The notes under the pieces: model-generated
Database searches by the model: none
The model's input: the letters and a program-made list of their open reading frames with translations, nothing else
Told to the model about the DNA's origin: nothing
Shown here: in pieces, positions 1 through 11,393 of the stretch
How positions within the stretch are numbered: the stretch's first letter is position 1
Layout: every line of letters starts with the position of its first letter
Source of the DNA: Cyanophora paradoxa CCMP329
Taxonomy: Eukaryota > Plantae > Glaucophyta
Length of the DNA: 64,000 bases
Reading direction: 5' to 3'
Assembly (NCBI GenBank): GCA_004431415.1
Contig: QPMI01000601.1
Span: 1 to 64,000, forward strand
Position numbers and translations under genes: made by a program

Positions 1-2147
1 TGTGACACATGCTTATCTCGATTCAGGTCTGAGGCTAAACTCACTGCTCATGTGGACTCAAATAGATGCATTGATTGGAGACTCTCAAAGGGAATCACAC
101 CTAAACCTGAGACCACCATAGAGTTTGGACTGAAAAACCTCAGGAAAACTGTTTGGCTTCCTGTTGTGGTTTACTGCAAGATTGAACATAGAAGCATCCC
201 ATTGATGCATCAAAATCTAAGAGGGAAGTCTCAGCAGTCAACCTGAGAGTAGTCACTGGGCAGATGTTCAGGAGTTTCGATTTGAGGGTCAGGATCCAAT
301 GGGAGGTCTCTTTGAATGCTTGGAGTCCAAAGCAAGAGAACTAATCGATTCCTGTTTACCAACATTCCTATGAATGAACTCACAGATGAGCAGAAAGCAA
401 TTTACAGAGCTACCAAACACTGTTACCTTTGCAGTGAGAGGTTCACTAAGGAGAACTTCAAATGCAGGGATCATGATCACCACACAGGTCATTACATTGC
501 ACCTGCATGCAGAAACTGCAATCTCCATAGGAGAATCTCAAAGCAAACAAAAGTAGCAGTGGTTGTTGACCAAATGGATGACTGTGGGACATTCATTTTC
601 AGAAAAATAGCAGGCATGGGTGATAAAAGCGAATCGAAATCCTTTCGAAAAACTTTGATCAATACCTTTCATTGCAATGGGTCTTTACAAGTTCATTGAT
701 GCAAGTAATTTTATGGAATTTGGGCTGCTGATGTAGATGAGTTAATGGACAAATTCCAAGCCTTCAGAAGGCTTTCACACTCAGTATATGGATTGGACCC
801 AGTTCATTATGTATCTGCACCTGGGTTATCTTGGGATGCTATGCTTAGGACCACCAAGGCAAAATAGAGCTTATAAGTGATGTAGAGCAATACGAATTTG
901 TTGAGAGGGGAATCAGGGGTGGCTTTGCAACAATGCCTTGTAGGTATGCTGAGGCTGATGGTGAGAACTCCCATATAATGCTGTTTGATGCTAACAACTT
1001 GTATGGCTACTGTTTGAGTCAGCCAATCCAGTTGGTGATTTTAGATGGGAGACCGAATTCAACCCACAAGATAACAGATCCAGTTTCCTGGAAGTTGATC
1101 TGGATTACCCAATTAGGCTATATCTAGACCACAGTGATTTCCCCTAATTATTAACAAGAAAATAATAGATTATGCCGAATTATCACAATATCAAAAGAGC
1201 CTATTAGATCTCTCAGGAGAAGAGCTTGATAAGACCCTAAGCTAACTGCAACCTTTGGTTCTGTGACCAACTATGTGATTTCTGAGCCTCTTCTACAGTA
1301 TCTGTTGGACAAAGGGGTGAAACTAAAGAAGGTTCACAGGGTCCTATCATTTACTGTGGCTCCTGTAATGAAACCCTACATTGAGCTGAATACTGAGATG
1401 AGAAGGAAAGCAGTGAATAAATTCGAGGCTGATTTCTATAAACTCATGAATAACTCAATCTATGGGAAATGCATTGAATCTTGCAGAGGTAGATCTGTGG
1501 TTAAGATTGCAAACAGTGAGAAACTGTTTATGAAATATGCAGCCTCCCCATTGGTGAAATCAACAAGTCCCATAAACGAAAAAGCAGTTGCCTTTGAGTT
1601 TTACACAAAGCATGTGAAGCTAGATAAGCCAGTTGCTATTGGGGCTTATGTTCTGGATGCAGCCAAACTGCATAACTACAAGTTCTTCTATGATACTGTA
1701 AGGTCCAATGGACAAAAGCAAAGTTACTATTCCATGATACTGACTCCTTTTGTCTATATATCGAATCTAAGACCTACAAAAAGATATAGAGAATATATCC
1801 TTTAATCTGGACTTAGGAGGACCTAACAGAATGACCCAGGTAAATACAAAAATGAAATGCCAGGTTCTGCTATATTGGAGTATGTGGGTCTCAGAGCCAA
1901 AGTTTACAGTTTCAGAACTGCTGAGATTGAGAGAAGTAAGCTATCTGGGACTTCCACTGAGGAACTCCAATTTAATGATTTTAAGCAGTGTTTATTTGCA
2001 GGTATCAGCAAGACTGTGACTGCAAAGCAGAAGAGAAGGGCAGATCACACAATAATAGATACTGTGAGTAGAAGGGTTGCCCTAAACTGCTTTGATGCAA
2101 AGAGATACATCTTACCAGATGGTATTAATTCTGTTCCTTTTAATTAA
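1..2147 (+). CDS. Protein-primed-type family B DNA polymerase (pPolB) of element A, 5'-partial, broken into ORF pieces by 1-bp indels
   Basis: Pieces carry an HNH/EndoVII-like insert (CYLC..RDHDHHTGHYIAPACRNCN), motif A (LFDANNLYG), motif B (YKLMNNSIYGK) and C-terminal DAKRY. Motif C (HDTDS) reads intact in the second copy. Homologous to 12991-16086. Confidence 0.85.
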
Positions 2148-2150
2148 GAG

Positions 2151-3533
2151 ATGCCAGCAACTGGAAGAATAGTTAGAAGAACCACTGAGCAACTGCAAGG
2201 TAACCTACTGCCCATCACAATTCCAAAGGAGGAAAAGGGGAATCTCGAATTGTAAAAAAGTCAGAGATGAAAGAGCTTGTCCCAGTAGAGATCCCAGTTG
2301 CTATTGCAGTGAAAGAAACCAGCAAGATTGCCAAGAGATTCTATGATGTGAGAACTGGTTACAAAGGGCTTCAAGCTATGAGGGCTGAGTTACCTGATGA
2401 ATCCTATAAGCAGTTGCAAGAGTTCTATAAAAAACAAGAGGTAGTTCAGATCAATGCACCAGCTATATCTAGAAAGAGAGATCCCATGGTCCCAATTAGG
2501 CAACCCCTTGATACCTATGTGATTGATTTGCTCTTTTTCCCAGCTTATAAGAAACAAAACAATGGCTATGATACATTTATGACTGCAATGGAATCAACAC
2601 TGAGAACTGGGTATATTATACCTATAAGAGATAAATCAGCTCTCACTACATTGGCTGCATTTAAACAGCTTGAGATGAGAGTGGCAAGACCAATAGTAAA
2701 GGTTCAATCAGATGCTGGAAGTGAGTTCCAAAATCGAATATTCCAGGAGTATTTATCTAGTAAATTCATAGAACACCAAGTGAGTGGAACTGCTGACCAC
2801 AGAAGCCAAGGTCGAATTGAAGCCTTTAACAAGCAGATTAAGAGACTGATCACAAACTACTGCATAGCTAATAACACAGCTAGATTCTTTGATGTGTTAG
2901 GTGATATTGAGTATAATTACAATAATACAGTTCACTCAGCTACTAAGATGAAGCCAGGCGAAACTACAGAGGAGCATTATAGGTATATAGTGGGATTAGA
3001 AGATGAAAGATTCAAGAAATCAATAGCTTACCTTGATACCATGCAGCCTGGCATGTTTGTTAGAGTGAAAGTTGAGAAGAACCCCTTTGCCAAACAGGGT
3101 AACAATTGGTCTAGGATAGTTTACACTGTTGATAGTAGGGAAGGCTTTAAGTTTAAGCTAAGGAGTCCCACTGGAGAGATCATAGATAACAGGTTTGCAT
3201 TCCATGAGCTGTTGCCTGTGAATGCAGTTGAATATCTAGAAACCCTACAGTGGATGCCTTAGAGCAAGCCAAAGAGGAAGCTAGGGTTGATGCTGCTATA
3301 AGGAGAGAGGGCATAGAAGCTGCTAATGAAGTCCCAGATAAGCCTTTGATAGAGGCTAGGAAGGAGAAGGCTGGAAAAGTTAGCAGGGAACTCAAAAAGC
3401 TCACTATAGCAGGGACACAGAAGCTTTCAGAAGTGAATAGCCAGAGATGGTATAATGACTTTCAGACTACTAAGGAGTCATATACAGCCCTAAACCTCAA
3501 AGAACACTAAGAGAAAGGACCAAAACTAGCTAG
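2151..3533 (+). CDS. Retroviral-type (rve, DDE) integrase of element A, copy 1 (three 1-bp homopolymer deletions)
   Basis: Matches the intact copy 5969-7354 except for single-base losses in G/C runs (~2240, ~3245, ~3490). Confidence 0.85.
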
Positions 3534-5079
3534 TTTCATAGCCGAAAACTCGTTTTTTCCAAATATATGTATGTGTGATATACATATATGCATATGATAT
3601 ACACATCAACGTGTAGATCTTCTCAAGCGCTTCACAACGCTATGCAGAACGCTGCAAGTTGACTATCTGGTGATGAGATACAAGCGTTTGAAGATGCCGA
3701 TTATCGATTTTTCGAGATTTCGGAATGATGCATCATAATGATGTAATAATGATGTATCATAAACATATAACATATATATATCGCCGTGATCGTCATGATC
3801 TCCCGAGTTCGATGGTGTGTCATATATATCATATACATTTGCATCGTCATTATGACATCATTTCGTAAAATTACACGTCCGTCATCGTCTTTTTCCGCAG
3901 CGAACAGATAAGTGAACAGTTAAGGAGACAACTATTGTAATAGTGGACTGCAACAACAATTGAAAACAAGATCTGTGGGAAAGCTATTGAAAGACAATGA
4001 AGCAAATTGCGAACAATTAAGTGAACAGTTAAGTGGACACCTGTTGGGAGTAGGCAGTGTCTACTCGTTTATCGTGAAACGGTGTCCACTTAACTGTTCA
4101 TTTAACTGTTGACGAAAACCCATGCATTATGACATCATATCATTAAACCCCATACAAAACACTAAAATGCATGTATCTCTTCACCAACTCATCATCTTAC
4201 AAAGATAAAAACAGATTCGGAATCCTCTTAACGAGACCAGCGTGACTATGTAAGTATCATAGGCTCAATAATTCATATGTTAATAAGCATCTCCCCTTCA
4301 TTCCCCCTATTATATAATATTTATATTAAAGTGGACTCAAGGTTGACTCATATTAATCGTAAAAGTAGTAATAGTATATGGATTTTGTTACGAATTCAAT
4401 GCAAGGGTTGACTAAGTGGGTTGAGTTGACTCAAATTTCACAGGAAATATTTGGGACCTAAAGTTTTCTAAAAAGGATTTGAAAAAATGTGTCAACTCCC
4501 CCCACTTAGTCAACCCTGACCATAAACAGTAAGGATTTGAGCTAACAAGTATCACAAAGTGAACATTTTGAGTCCACTTAGAAGATCCACTTTTGAAATC
4601 CAAGTTGATTTTGCTTGAAATTTCAAAGTTGATCTAAAAGTGAGTCCACCCTGATTGATTATGGTAACAAAGTTGACTAAGTTGACTAAGTTGAGTCATC
4701 TTAAGAAATTCAAAGAGACTAAGAGTTCAAAATGTTTATGAAAAGTGAGTCAACTTAGACCACTTCTGATAACAAAGTTAAATATTTAATTGATTTAATC
4801 GGAAAAGAACATGATTTAATCGAATTTATTGATATAATTCCGATTAGATTCATTTAGGATTCAATTAAGATCAATCGAAGTTATTGATATAATTCCGATT
4901 AACTACAATTAAGATACAATATCGATTAATCGAGTTTATCGATATAACATCGATTAAATTAATTGAAAATGCATTTAAAAATATGAAAATTCATGTGAAA
5001 ATTCAAATAAATTAATCGATTTTATTGATATAACATCGAATCACACATATGAATATTCATATTTTAATCCTGAGGCGGA

Positions 5080-5965
5080 GACCAACTATGTGATTTCTGA
5101 GCCTCTTCTACAGTATCTGTTGGACAAAGGGGTGAAACTAAAGAAGGTTCACAGGGTCCTATCATTTACTGTGGCTCCTGTAATGAAACCCTACATTGAG
5201 CTGAATACTGAGATGAGAAGGAAAGCAGTGAATAAATTCGAGGCTGATTTCTATAAACTCATGAATAACTCAATCTATGGGAAATGCATTGAATCTTGCA
5301 GAGGTAGATCTGTGGTTAAGATTGCAAACAGTGAGAAACTGTTTATGAAATATGCAGCCTCCCCATTGGTGAAATCAACAAGTCCCATAAACGAAAAAGC
5401 AGTTGCCTTTGAGTTTTACACAAAGCATGTGAAGCTAGATAAGCCAGTTGCTATTGGGGCTTATGTTCTGGATGCAGCCAAACTGCATAACTACAAGTTC
5501 TTCTATGATACTGTAAGGTCCCAATGGACAAAAGCAAAGTTACTATTCCATGATACTGACTCCTTTTGTCTATATATCGAATCTAAGACCCTACAAAAAG
5601 ATATAGAGAATATATCCTTTAATCTGGACTTAGGAGGACCTAACAGAATGACCCCAGGTAAATACAAAAATGAAATGCCAGGTTCTGCTATATTGGAGTA
5701 TGTGGGTCTCAGAGCCAAAGTTTACAGTTTCAGAACTGCTGAGATTGAGAGAAGTAAGCTATCTGGGACTTCCACTGAGGAACTCCAATTTAATGATTTT
5801 AAGCAGTGTTTATTTGCAGGTATCAGCAAGACTGTGACTGCAAAGCAGAAGAGAAGGGCAGATCACACAATAATAGATACTGTGAGTAGAAGGGTTGCCC
5901 TAAACTGCTTTGATGCAAAGAGATACATCTTACCAGATGGTATTAATTCTGTTCCTTTTAATTAA
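5080..5965 (+). pseudogene. 3' fragment of element A pPolB created by the duplication
   Basis: Open frame with motifs B (KLMNNSIYGK) and C (FHDTDS) but no N-terminus or motif A; begins at the duplication junction. Confidence 0.85.
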
Positions 5966-5968
5966 GAG

Positions 5969-7354
5969 ATGCCAGCAACTGGAAGAATAGTTAGAAGAAC
6001 CACTGAGCAACTGCAAGGTAACCTACTGCCCATCACAATTCCAAAGGAGGAAAAGGGGGAATCTCGAATTGTAAAAAAGTCAGAGATGAAAGAGCTTGTC
6101 CCAGTAGAGATCCCAGTTGCTATTGCAGTGAAAGAAACCAGCAAGATTGCCAAGAGATTCTATGATGTGAGAACTGGTTACAAAGGGCTTCAAGCTATGA
6201 GGGCTGAGTTACCTGATGAATCCTATAAGCAGTTGCAAGAGTTCTATAAAAAACAAGAGGTAGTTCAGATCAATGCACCAGCTATATCTAGAAAGAGAGA
6301 TCCCATGGTCCCAATTAGGCAACCCCTTGATACCTATGTGATTGATTTGCTCTTTTTCCCAGCTTATAAGAAACAAAACAATGGCTATGATACATTTATG
6401 ACTGCAATGGAATCAACACTGAGAACTGGGTATATTATACCTATAAGAGATAAATCAGCTCTCACTACATTGGCTGCATTTAAACAGCTTGAGATGAGAG
6501 TGGCAAGACCAATAGTAAAGGTTCAATCAGATGCTGGAAGTGAGTTCCAAAATCGAATATTCCAGGAGTATTTATCTAGTAAATTCATAGAACACCAAGT
6601 GAGTGGAACTGCTGACCACAGAAGCCAAGGTCGAATTGAAGCCTTTAACAAGCAGATTAAGAGACTGATCACAAACTACTGCATAGCTAATAACACAGCT
6701 AGATTCTTTGATGTGTTAGGTGATATTGAGTATAATTACAATAATACAGTTCACTCAGCTACTAAGATGAAGCCAGGCGAAACTACAGAGGAGCATTATA
6801 GGTATATAGTGGGATTAGAAGATGAAAGATTCAAGAAATCAATAGCTTACCTTGATACCATGCAGCCTGGCATGTTTGTTAGAGTGAAAGTTGAGAAGAA
6901 CCCCTTTGCCAAACAGGGTAACAATTGGTCTAGGATAGTTTACACTGTTGATAGTAGGGAAGGCTTTAAGTTTAAGCTAAGGAGTCCCACTGGAGAGATC
7001 ATAGATAACAGGTTTGCATTCCATGAGCTGTTGCCTGTGAATGCAGTTGAATATCTAGAAACCCCTACAGTGGATGCCTTAGAGCAAGCCAAAGAGGAAG
7101 CTAGGGTTGATGCTGCTATAAGGAGAGAGGGCATAGAAGCTGCTAATGAAGTCCCAGATAAGCCTTTGATAGAGGCTAGGAAGGAGAAGGCTGGAAAAGT
7201 TAGCAGGGAACTCAAAAAGCTCACTATAGCAGGGACACAGAAGCTTTCAGAAGTGAATAGCCAGAGATGGTATAATGACTTTCAGACTACTAAGGAGTCA
7301 TATACAGCCCCTAAACCTCAAAGAACACTAAGAGAAAGGACCAAAACTAGCTAG
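5969..7354 (+). CDS. Retroviral-type (rve, DDE) integrase of element A, intact copy
   Basis: 461 aa; YVIDL, VQSDAGSEF, GRIEAFNKQIK and YNNTVHSATKMKP motifs typical of Polinton integrases. Confidence 0.92.
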   Translation: MPATGRIVRRTTEQLQGNLLPITIPKEEKGESRIVKKSEMKELVPVEIPVAIAVKETSKIAKRFYDVRTGYKGLQAMRAELPDESYKQLQEFYKKQEVVQINAPAISRKRDPMVPIRQPLDTYVIDLLFFPAYKKQNNGYDTFMTAMESTLRTGYIIPIRDKSALTTLAAFKQLEMRVARPIVKVQSDAGSEFQNRIFQEYLSSKFIEHQVSGTADHRSQGRIEAFNKQIKRLITNYCIANNTARFFDVLGDIEYNYNNTVHSATKMKPGETTEEHYRYIVGLEDERFKKSIAYLDTMQPGMFVRVKVEKNPFAKQGNNWSRIVYTVDSREGFKFKLRSPTGEIIDNRFAFHELLPVNAVEYLETPTVDALEQAKEEARVDAAIRREGIEAANEVPDKPLIEARKEKAGKVSRELKKLTIAGTQKLSEVNSQRWYNDFQTTKESYTAPKPQRTLRERTKTS

Positions 7355-7831
7355 TTTCATAGCCGAAAACTCGTTTTTTCCAAATATATGTATGTGTGAT
7401 ATACATATATGCATATGATATACACATCAACGTGTAGATCTTCTCAAGCGCTTCACAACGCTATGCAGAACGCTGCAAGTTGACTATCTGGTGATGAGAT
7501 ACAAGCGTTTGAAGATGCCGATTATCGATTTTTCGAGATTTCGGAATGATGCATCATAATGATGTAATAATGATGTATCATAAACATATAACATATATAT
7601 ATCGCCGTGATCGTCATGATCTCCCGAGTTCGATGGTGTGTCATATATATCATATACATTTGCATCGTCATTATGACATCATTTCGTAAAATTACACGTC
7701 CGTCATCGTCTTTTTCCGCAGCGAACAGATAAGTGAACAGTTAAGGAGACAACTATTGTAATAGTGGACTGCAACAACAATTGAAAACAAGATCTGTGGG
7801 AAAGCTATTGAAAGACAATGAAGCAAATTGC

Positions 7832-7931
7832 GAACAATTAAGTGAACAGTTAAGTGGACACCTGTTGGGAGTAGGCAGTGTCTACTCGTTTATCGTGAAA
7901 CGGTGTCCACTTAACTGTTCATTTAACTGTT
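7832..7931. repeat. Imperfect inverted repeat (stem-loop) in A subterminal region (also at 4011-4110)
   Basis: TGAACAGTTAAGTGGACACC ... GGTGTCCACTTAACTGTTCA. Confidence 0.8.
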
Positions 7932-8224
7932 GACGAAAACCCATGCATTATGACATCATATCATTAAACCCCATACAAAACACTAAAATGCATGTATCTC
8001 TTCACCAACTCATCATCTTACAAAGATAAAAACAGATTCGGAATCCTCTTAACGAGACCAGCGTGACTATGTAAGTATCATAGGCTCAATAATTCATATG
8101 TTAATAAGCATCTCCCCTTCATTCCCCCTATTATATAATATTTATATTAAAGTGGACTCAAGGTTGACTCATATTAATCGTAAAAGTAGTAATAGTATAT
8201 GGATTTTGTTACGAATTCAATGCA

Positions 8225-8338
8225 AGGGTTGACTAAGTGGGTTGAGTTGACTCAAATTTCACAGGAAATATTTGGGACCTAAAGTTTTCTAAAAAGGATT
8301 TGAAAAAATGTGTCAACTCCCCCCACTTAGTCAACCCT
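8225..8338. repeat. Inverted repeat with GTTGACT iteron-like motifs (also at 4404-4517)
   Basis: AGGGTTGACTAAGTGGG..GAGTTGAC ... GTCAACTC..CCCACTTAGTCAACCCT; further GTTGACTAA copies nearby. Confidence 0.75.
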
Positions 8339-8599
8339 GACCATAAACAGTAAGGATTTGAGCTAACAAGTATCACAAAGTGAACATTTGAGTCCACTTA
8401 GAAGATCCACTTTTGAAATCCAAGTTGATTTTGCTTGAAATTTCAAAGTTGATCTAAAAGTGAGTCCACCCTGATTGATTATGGTAACAAAGTTGACTAA
8501 GTTGACTAAGTTGAGTCATCTTAAGAAATTCAAAGAGACTAAGAGTTCAAAATGTTTATGAAAAGTGAGTCAACTTAGACCACTTCTGATAACAAAGTT

Positions 8600-8862
8600 A
8601 AATATTTAATTGATTTAATCGGAAAAGAACATGATTTAATCGAATTTATTGATATAATTCCGATTAGATTCATTTAGGATTCAATTAAGATCAATCGAAG
8701 TTATTGATATAATTCCGATTAACTACAATTAAGATACAATATCGATTAATCGAGTTTATCGATATAACATCGATTAAATTAATTGAAAATGCATTTAAAA
8801 ATATGAAAATTCATGTGAAAATTCAAATAAATTAATCGATTTTATTGATATAACATCGAATC
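8600..8862. repeat. AT-rich subterminal degenerate repeats of element A
   Basis: Recurrent AATCGA.TT.ATTGATATAA..(T/C)CGATTA units; a similar block lies at the left end of D (56424-56740). Confidence 0.7.
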
Positions 8863-8935
8863 ACACATATGAATATTCATATTTTAATCCTGAGGCGGAA
8901 CGCCGAGGGATTAAAATATGAATATTCATATGTGT
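8863..8935. other. Terminal palindrome/hairpin of element A
   Basis: 28-bp arm ACACATATGAATATTCATATTTTAATCC (8863-8890), 17-nt centre TGAGGCGGAACGCCGAG, perfect reverse complement at 8908-8935. Confidence 0.92.
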
Positions 8936-10956
8936 GACGACGCTTGAGCTTCTTGCACCAGCAGGTGCCGAAACAACAAATTAAGATGGCAACTCCGCCG
9001 GCGCCGCCAACACCCATGGCAATCGCTGTCGTGTTAGAATCATCGCTACTCTCCTTGTCGTGCGTGGTGGCCTGCTGAGGCCTCGGTTTCAGGCTTGCGG
9101 CACTTGGCTCCGGATTCATAGCCGGCACAGGGGACGGCGTGAACGTTGGCATTATGAATGGAGTCGCGCTGCGCGGGCCTTCTTCTTGCCCGGAAACAGG
9201 TCCTACCCACGAACATGAACGTTGAAGCTCAGCAGAATTGGAAATCGCAGCAATTGCAAGGGCTGACCTTGGACAGATCCACCGAGGAAGGGGAACTCGG
9301 GCCCCAGATCGAAAAGACCCGCATCCATTTGTGCTTGAGCGCTCCACGCAACGTACTCCGCAGACACCGCTGCTTCGTCCGGATCCGCATGTACCTATGC
9401 GTGTAGAGCTCATCATTTAATGATAAGCGACCTCACTATTGCAATCGGCTTGCCTCAAATTCAACGACCGTGCTGCCTGCTCGGTCGGTGACAAGTCGGA
9501 GTCGCTTATGTGCCACCTGCACGCTCCAATATATGCATATGAGTAATTGTAAGATATTGCTCCAATGTTTTAGCTCCTACGCACCCCTAATACGTACGCA
9601 AGAATGCTTGAGAATCGAAACACGGCATCTAATTCTGGATCGGCCCAGGAGCTGTATTTGTAGTCTACTGTGAACGCCAAAAGAGTAGAGGCAGAAGAGA
9701 CGTTGAATTTGCTGCGAGTTTCCGTTGTGATTTCAGGCGGCGCCGCCGAGCTCACCTTCGCGTCTGCGCAAGCGGGATAATACGCGCTTATTATTAATGC
9801 AAATATTTGCATCTTACTTATCATATATTTGCGTTAATGCAATATATTTGAGCGCACCATGTGAATTGCATATCAGACGGAGCTGAACATCGTGGAGCAT
9901 CTCTCTCGAGAACGACCAGACCGTGGAAGAGTTACCGTTTTCCGGTAAATCGAGTTCAAAGAAGAGATAGATCGAAACAAGTGCGTCCCGCGCGACAGAA
10001 CAATTCGCATAAATTGTCATCGCAACAAGGCTGCCAGCACGAATAGATGCTGACGATGCGGCCGGCCAAACAAAGCTGCGCGCCTCTTCGGGCAGAATTC
10101 CGACGGTAAGGTTCGCTGCGACTGTGCACGAATTCGATATGTACACGGTGGCGTTTAAAACGTCCATTGGATTCGATCTTCGAACTGGACCGCTTATCTG
10201 AATAATCCTCGGTCCTGCAAAAATTGCCGGTGCTGCACCTGATCATGAGTGGACGTCGTCAGGATATCGATCCGAACACATGAAGTTCAAGCTTAAGCTT
10301 AAGATGCCGCTGTGCAGATTTACATACCTGGCGACTGCGACTTCCACCTGTCTTGTTCATGATCGTCCAGGGGGTCAACAGCTTTCCTTCGGAGGTTGAC
10401 GTTATCGACTTTGGCGCAGATAGACGTTGCGCGATGCGACTTCATTTCTCTGAAAGCGGAGTTGCGGTACTCAATCTCATCGTGCAGAAAAAAGCTTTTA
10501 AAGACCGTGGAAGCGCTAATGCCTTCGGTTTCTGAGCTTATAAACTGCTGGAAATCCTGAATCCATGATTGAGCCGTTGAGGATTGATGAATATTGCGGC
10601 GGGTGCGCCTCCACAATCGAAAGTTTTGTATATTTGTCTTGAAATTGTTGAATGCGCTCCCCGCGTTCGTTACAAAGGCTACGACGGGTTGCGTCACGGA
10701 TGCAATTGCAGACCGAACCTGATCTCCAGCCTGCTCGAGCTTTTCTGACGCTGACGATACAGCAGACGAGATCGTTGAGCCGAGTTGTGCTACAGCTTGC
10801 CCCACTTGGGCCACGGCCTGTGTGACGCCTTTTCCCGCTTGTGTTACACCCTGTCCCACTCCAGCCGCCGCACTTGCGAACGTTTCGTGCACTTGAACTG
10901 CCGCCGTTCTAACATCTTGCACAATTCGTACGACGGACGTCGCTGCTCCAGTTGTC
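8936..10956 (-). CDS. Fragment of a probable intron-containing host gene for a single-pass membrane protein, cut by element A at one side and element C at the other
   Basis: GC- and CpG-rich. Minus-strand open segments include an Ala/Val/Gln-rich helical repeat (10320-10956) and a Pro/Thr-rich stalk plus TM segment (AIAMGVGGAGGVAILICCFGTCWC) followed by KKLKRR. GT..AG intron-like gaps are present; exon structure not resolved. Confidence 0.45.
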
Positions 10957-11197
10957 GCTCGCATGCAGGTCACCCCCACCAATTCGCGCGACCATTTTCA
11001 ATAAGCACATTTACAGCATCGCGAATCTCAGTCACAAAATCGTTAAAAAATCATAAATTCGCACTGAGCCACACTACATTTTTCAAACATCTAACCCTTC
11101 CTTACTGAAACCAATCACGAAACCCTTTAATTCTCCATTTTTCTAATTCCTTACCATTCTCAGTAAGCCCTTTAACCCTCCCCCAATCTCTCAGTAA

Positions 11198-11348
11198 ACA
11201 CATAGGGATACCCCTGATCCAAGCCCTCCGGCCTTCGGCCTACAGGCTTGGATCAGGGGTATCCCTATGTGTGCGCGTTTCAGGTACTAGGGTAGTAAGC
11301 ATTTATTTCAGGTCTTAGGGTATTAATCATGTCTTTTGGGCACCAGTA
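11198..11348. repeat. Left TIR of element B, including terminal hairpin 11198-11272
   Basis: 28-bp arm ACACATAGGGATACCCCTGATCCAAGCC, 19-nt centre CTCCGGCCTTCGGCCTACA, perfect return arm. The block is the reverse complement of 38835-38971 with 2 mismatches. Confidence 0.95.
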
Positions 11349-11393
11349 TGTTGGCCCCCTCTGGGGTATTGAACACATGAGTTTGGCATCAGC

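Larger units (their letters stand above)
1265..8899. repeat. Head-to-tail duplication of ~3.82 kb (1265-5079 and 5080-8899)
   Basis: GACCAACTATGTGATTTCTGAG at 1265 recurs at 5080. The only differences I found are 7 single-base homopolymer indels. Confidence 0.95.
1..8935 (+). mobile_element. Element A: right part of an integrated Polinton/PLV-like element (left end outside window), with an internal tandem duplication
   Basis: pPolB followed by rve integrase, ~1.5 kb non-coding subterminal region, terminal palindrome ending TATGTGT at 8935, then an abrupt switch to GC- and CpG-rich flank. Confidence 0.85.

Noticed and set aside
1-3533. Genuine pseudogenisation or programmed frameshifting (also in the B integrase, MCP, mCP2, patatin and fibre genes, and in C2 genes)
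   Set aside because: Where an intact twin exists, the differences are single-base losses in homopolymer runs with no substitutions seen, the signature of long-read consensus error. Needs read-level confirmation.
8877-8935. Host ORF C-terminus HTYEYSYFNPSAFRLRIKI and ORF starts MVGVTC (10982), MCLLKM (50410), MFLFMC (56334)
   Set aside because: Read-through into adjacent element ends at insertion junctions, not real protein sequence.
10957-11050. Terminal hairpin for element C
   Set aside because: No long palindrome at either copy of this end; the exact terminal base is uncertain by a few nucleotides.
11190-11200. Target-site duplications for A, B, C or D
   Set aside because: B's right flank is deleted and the partner ends of A, C and D lie outside the window, so none can be shown.
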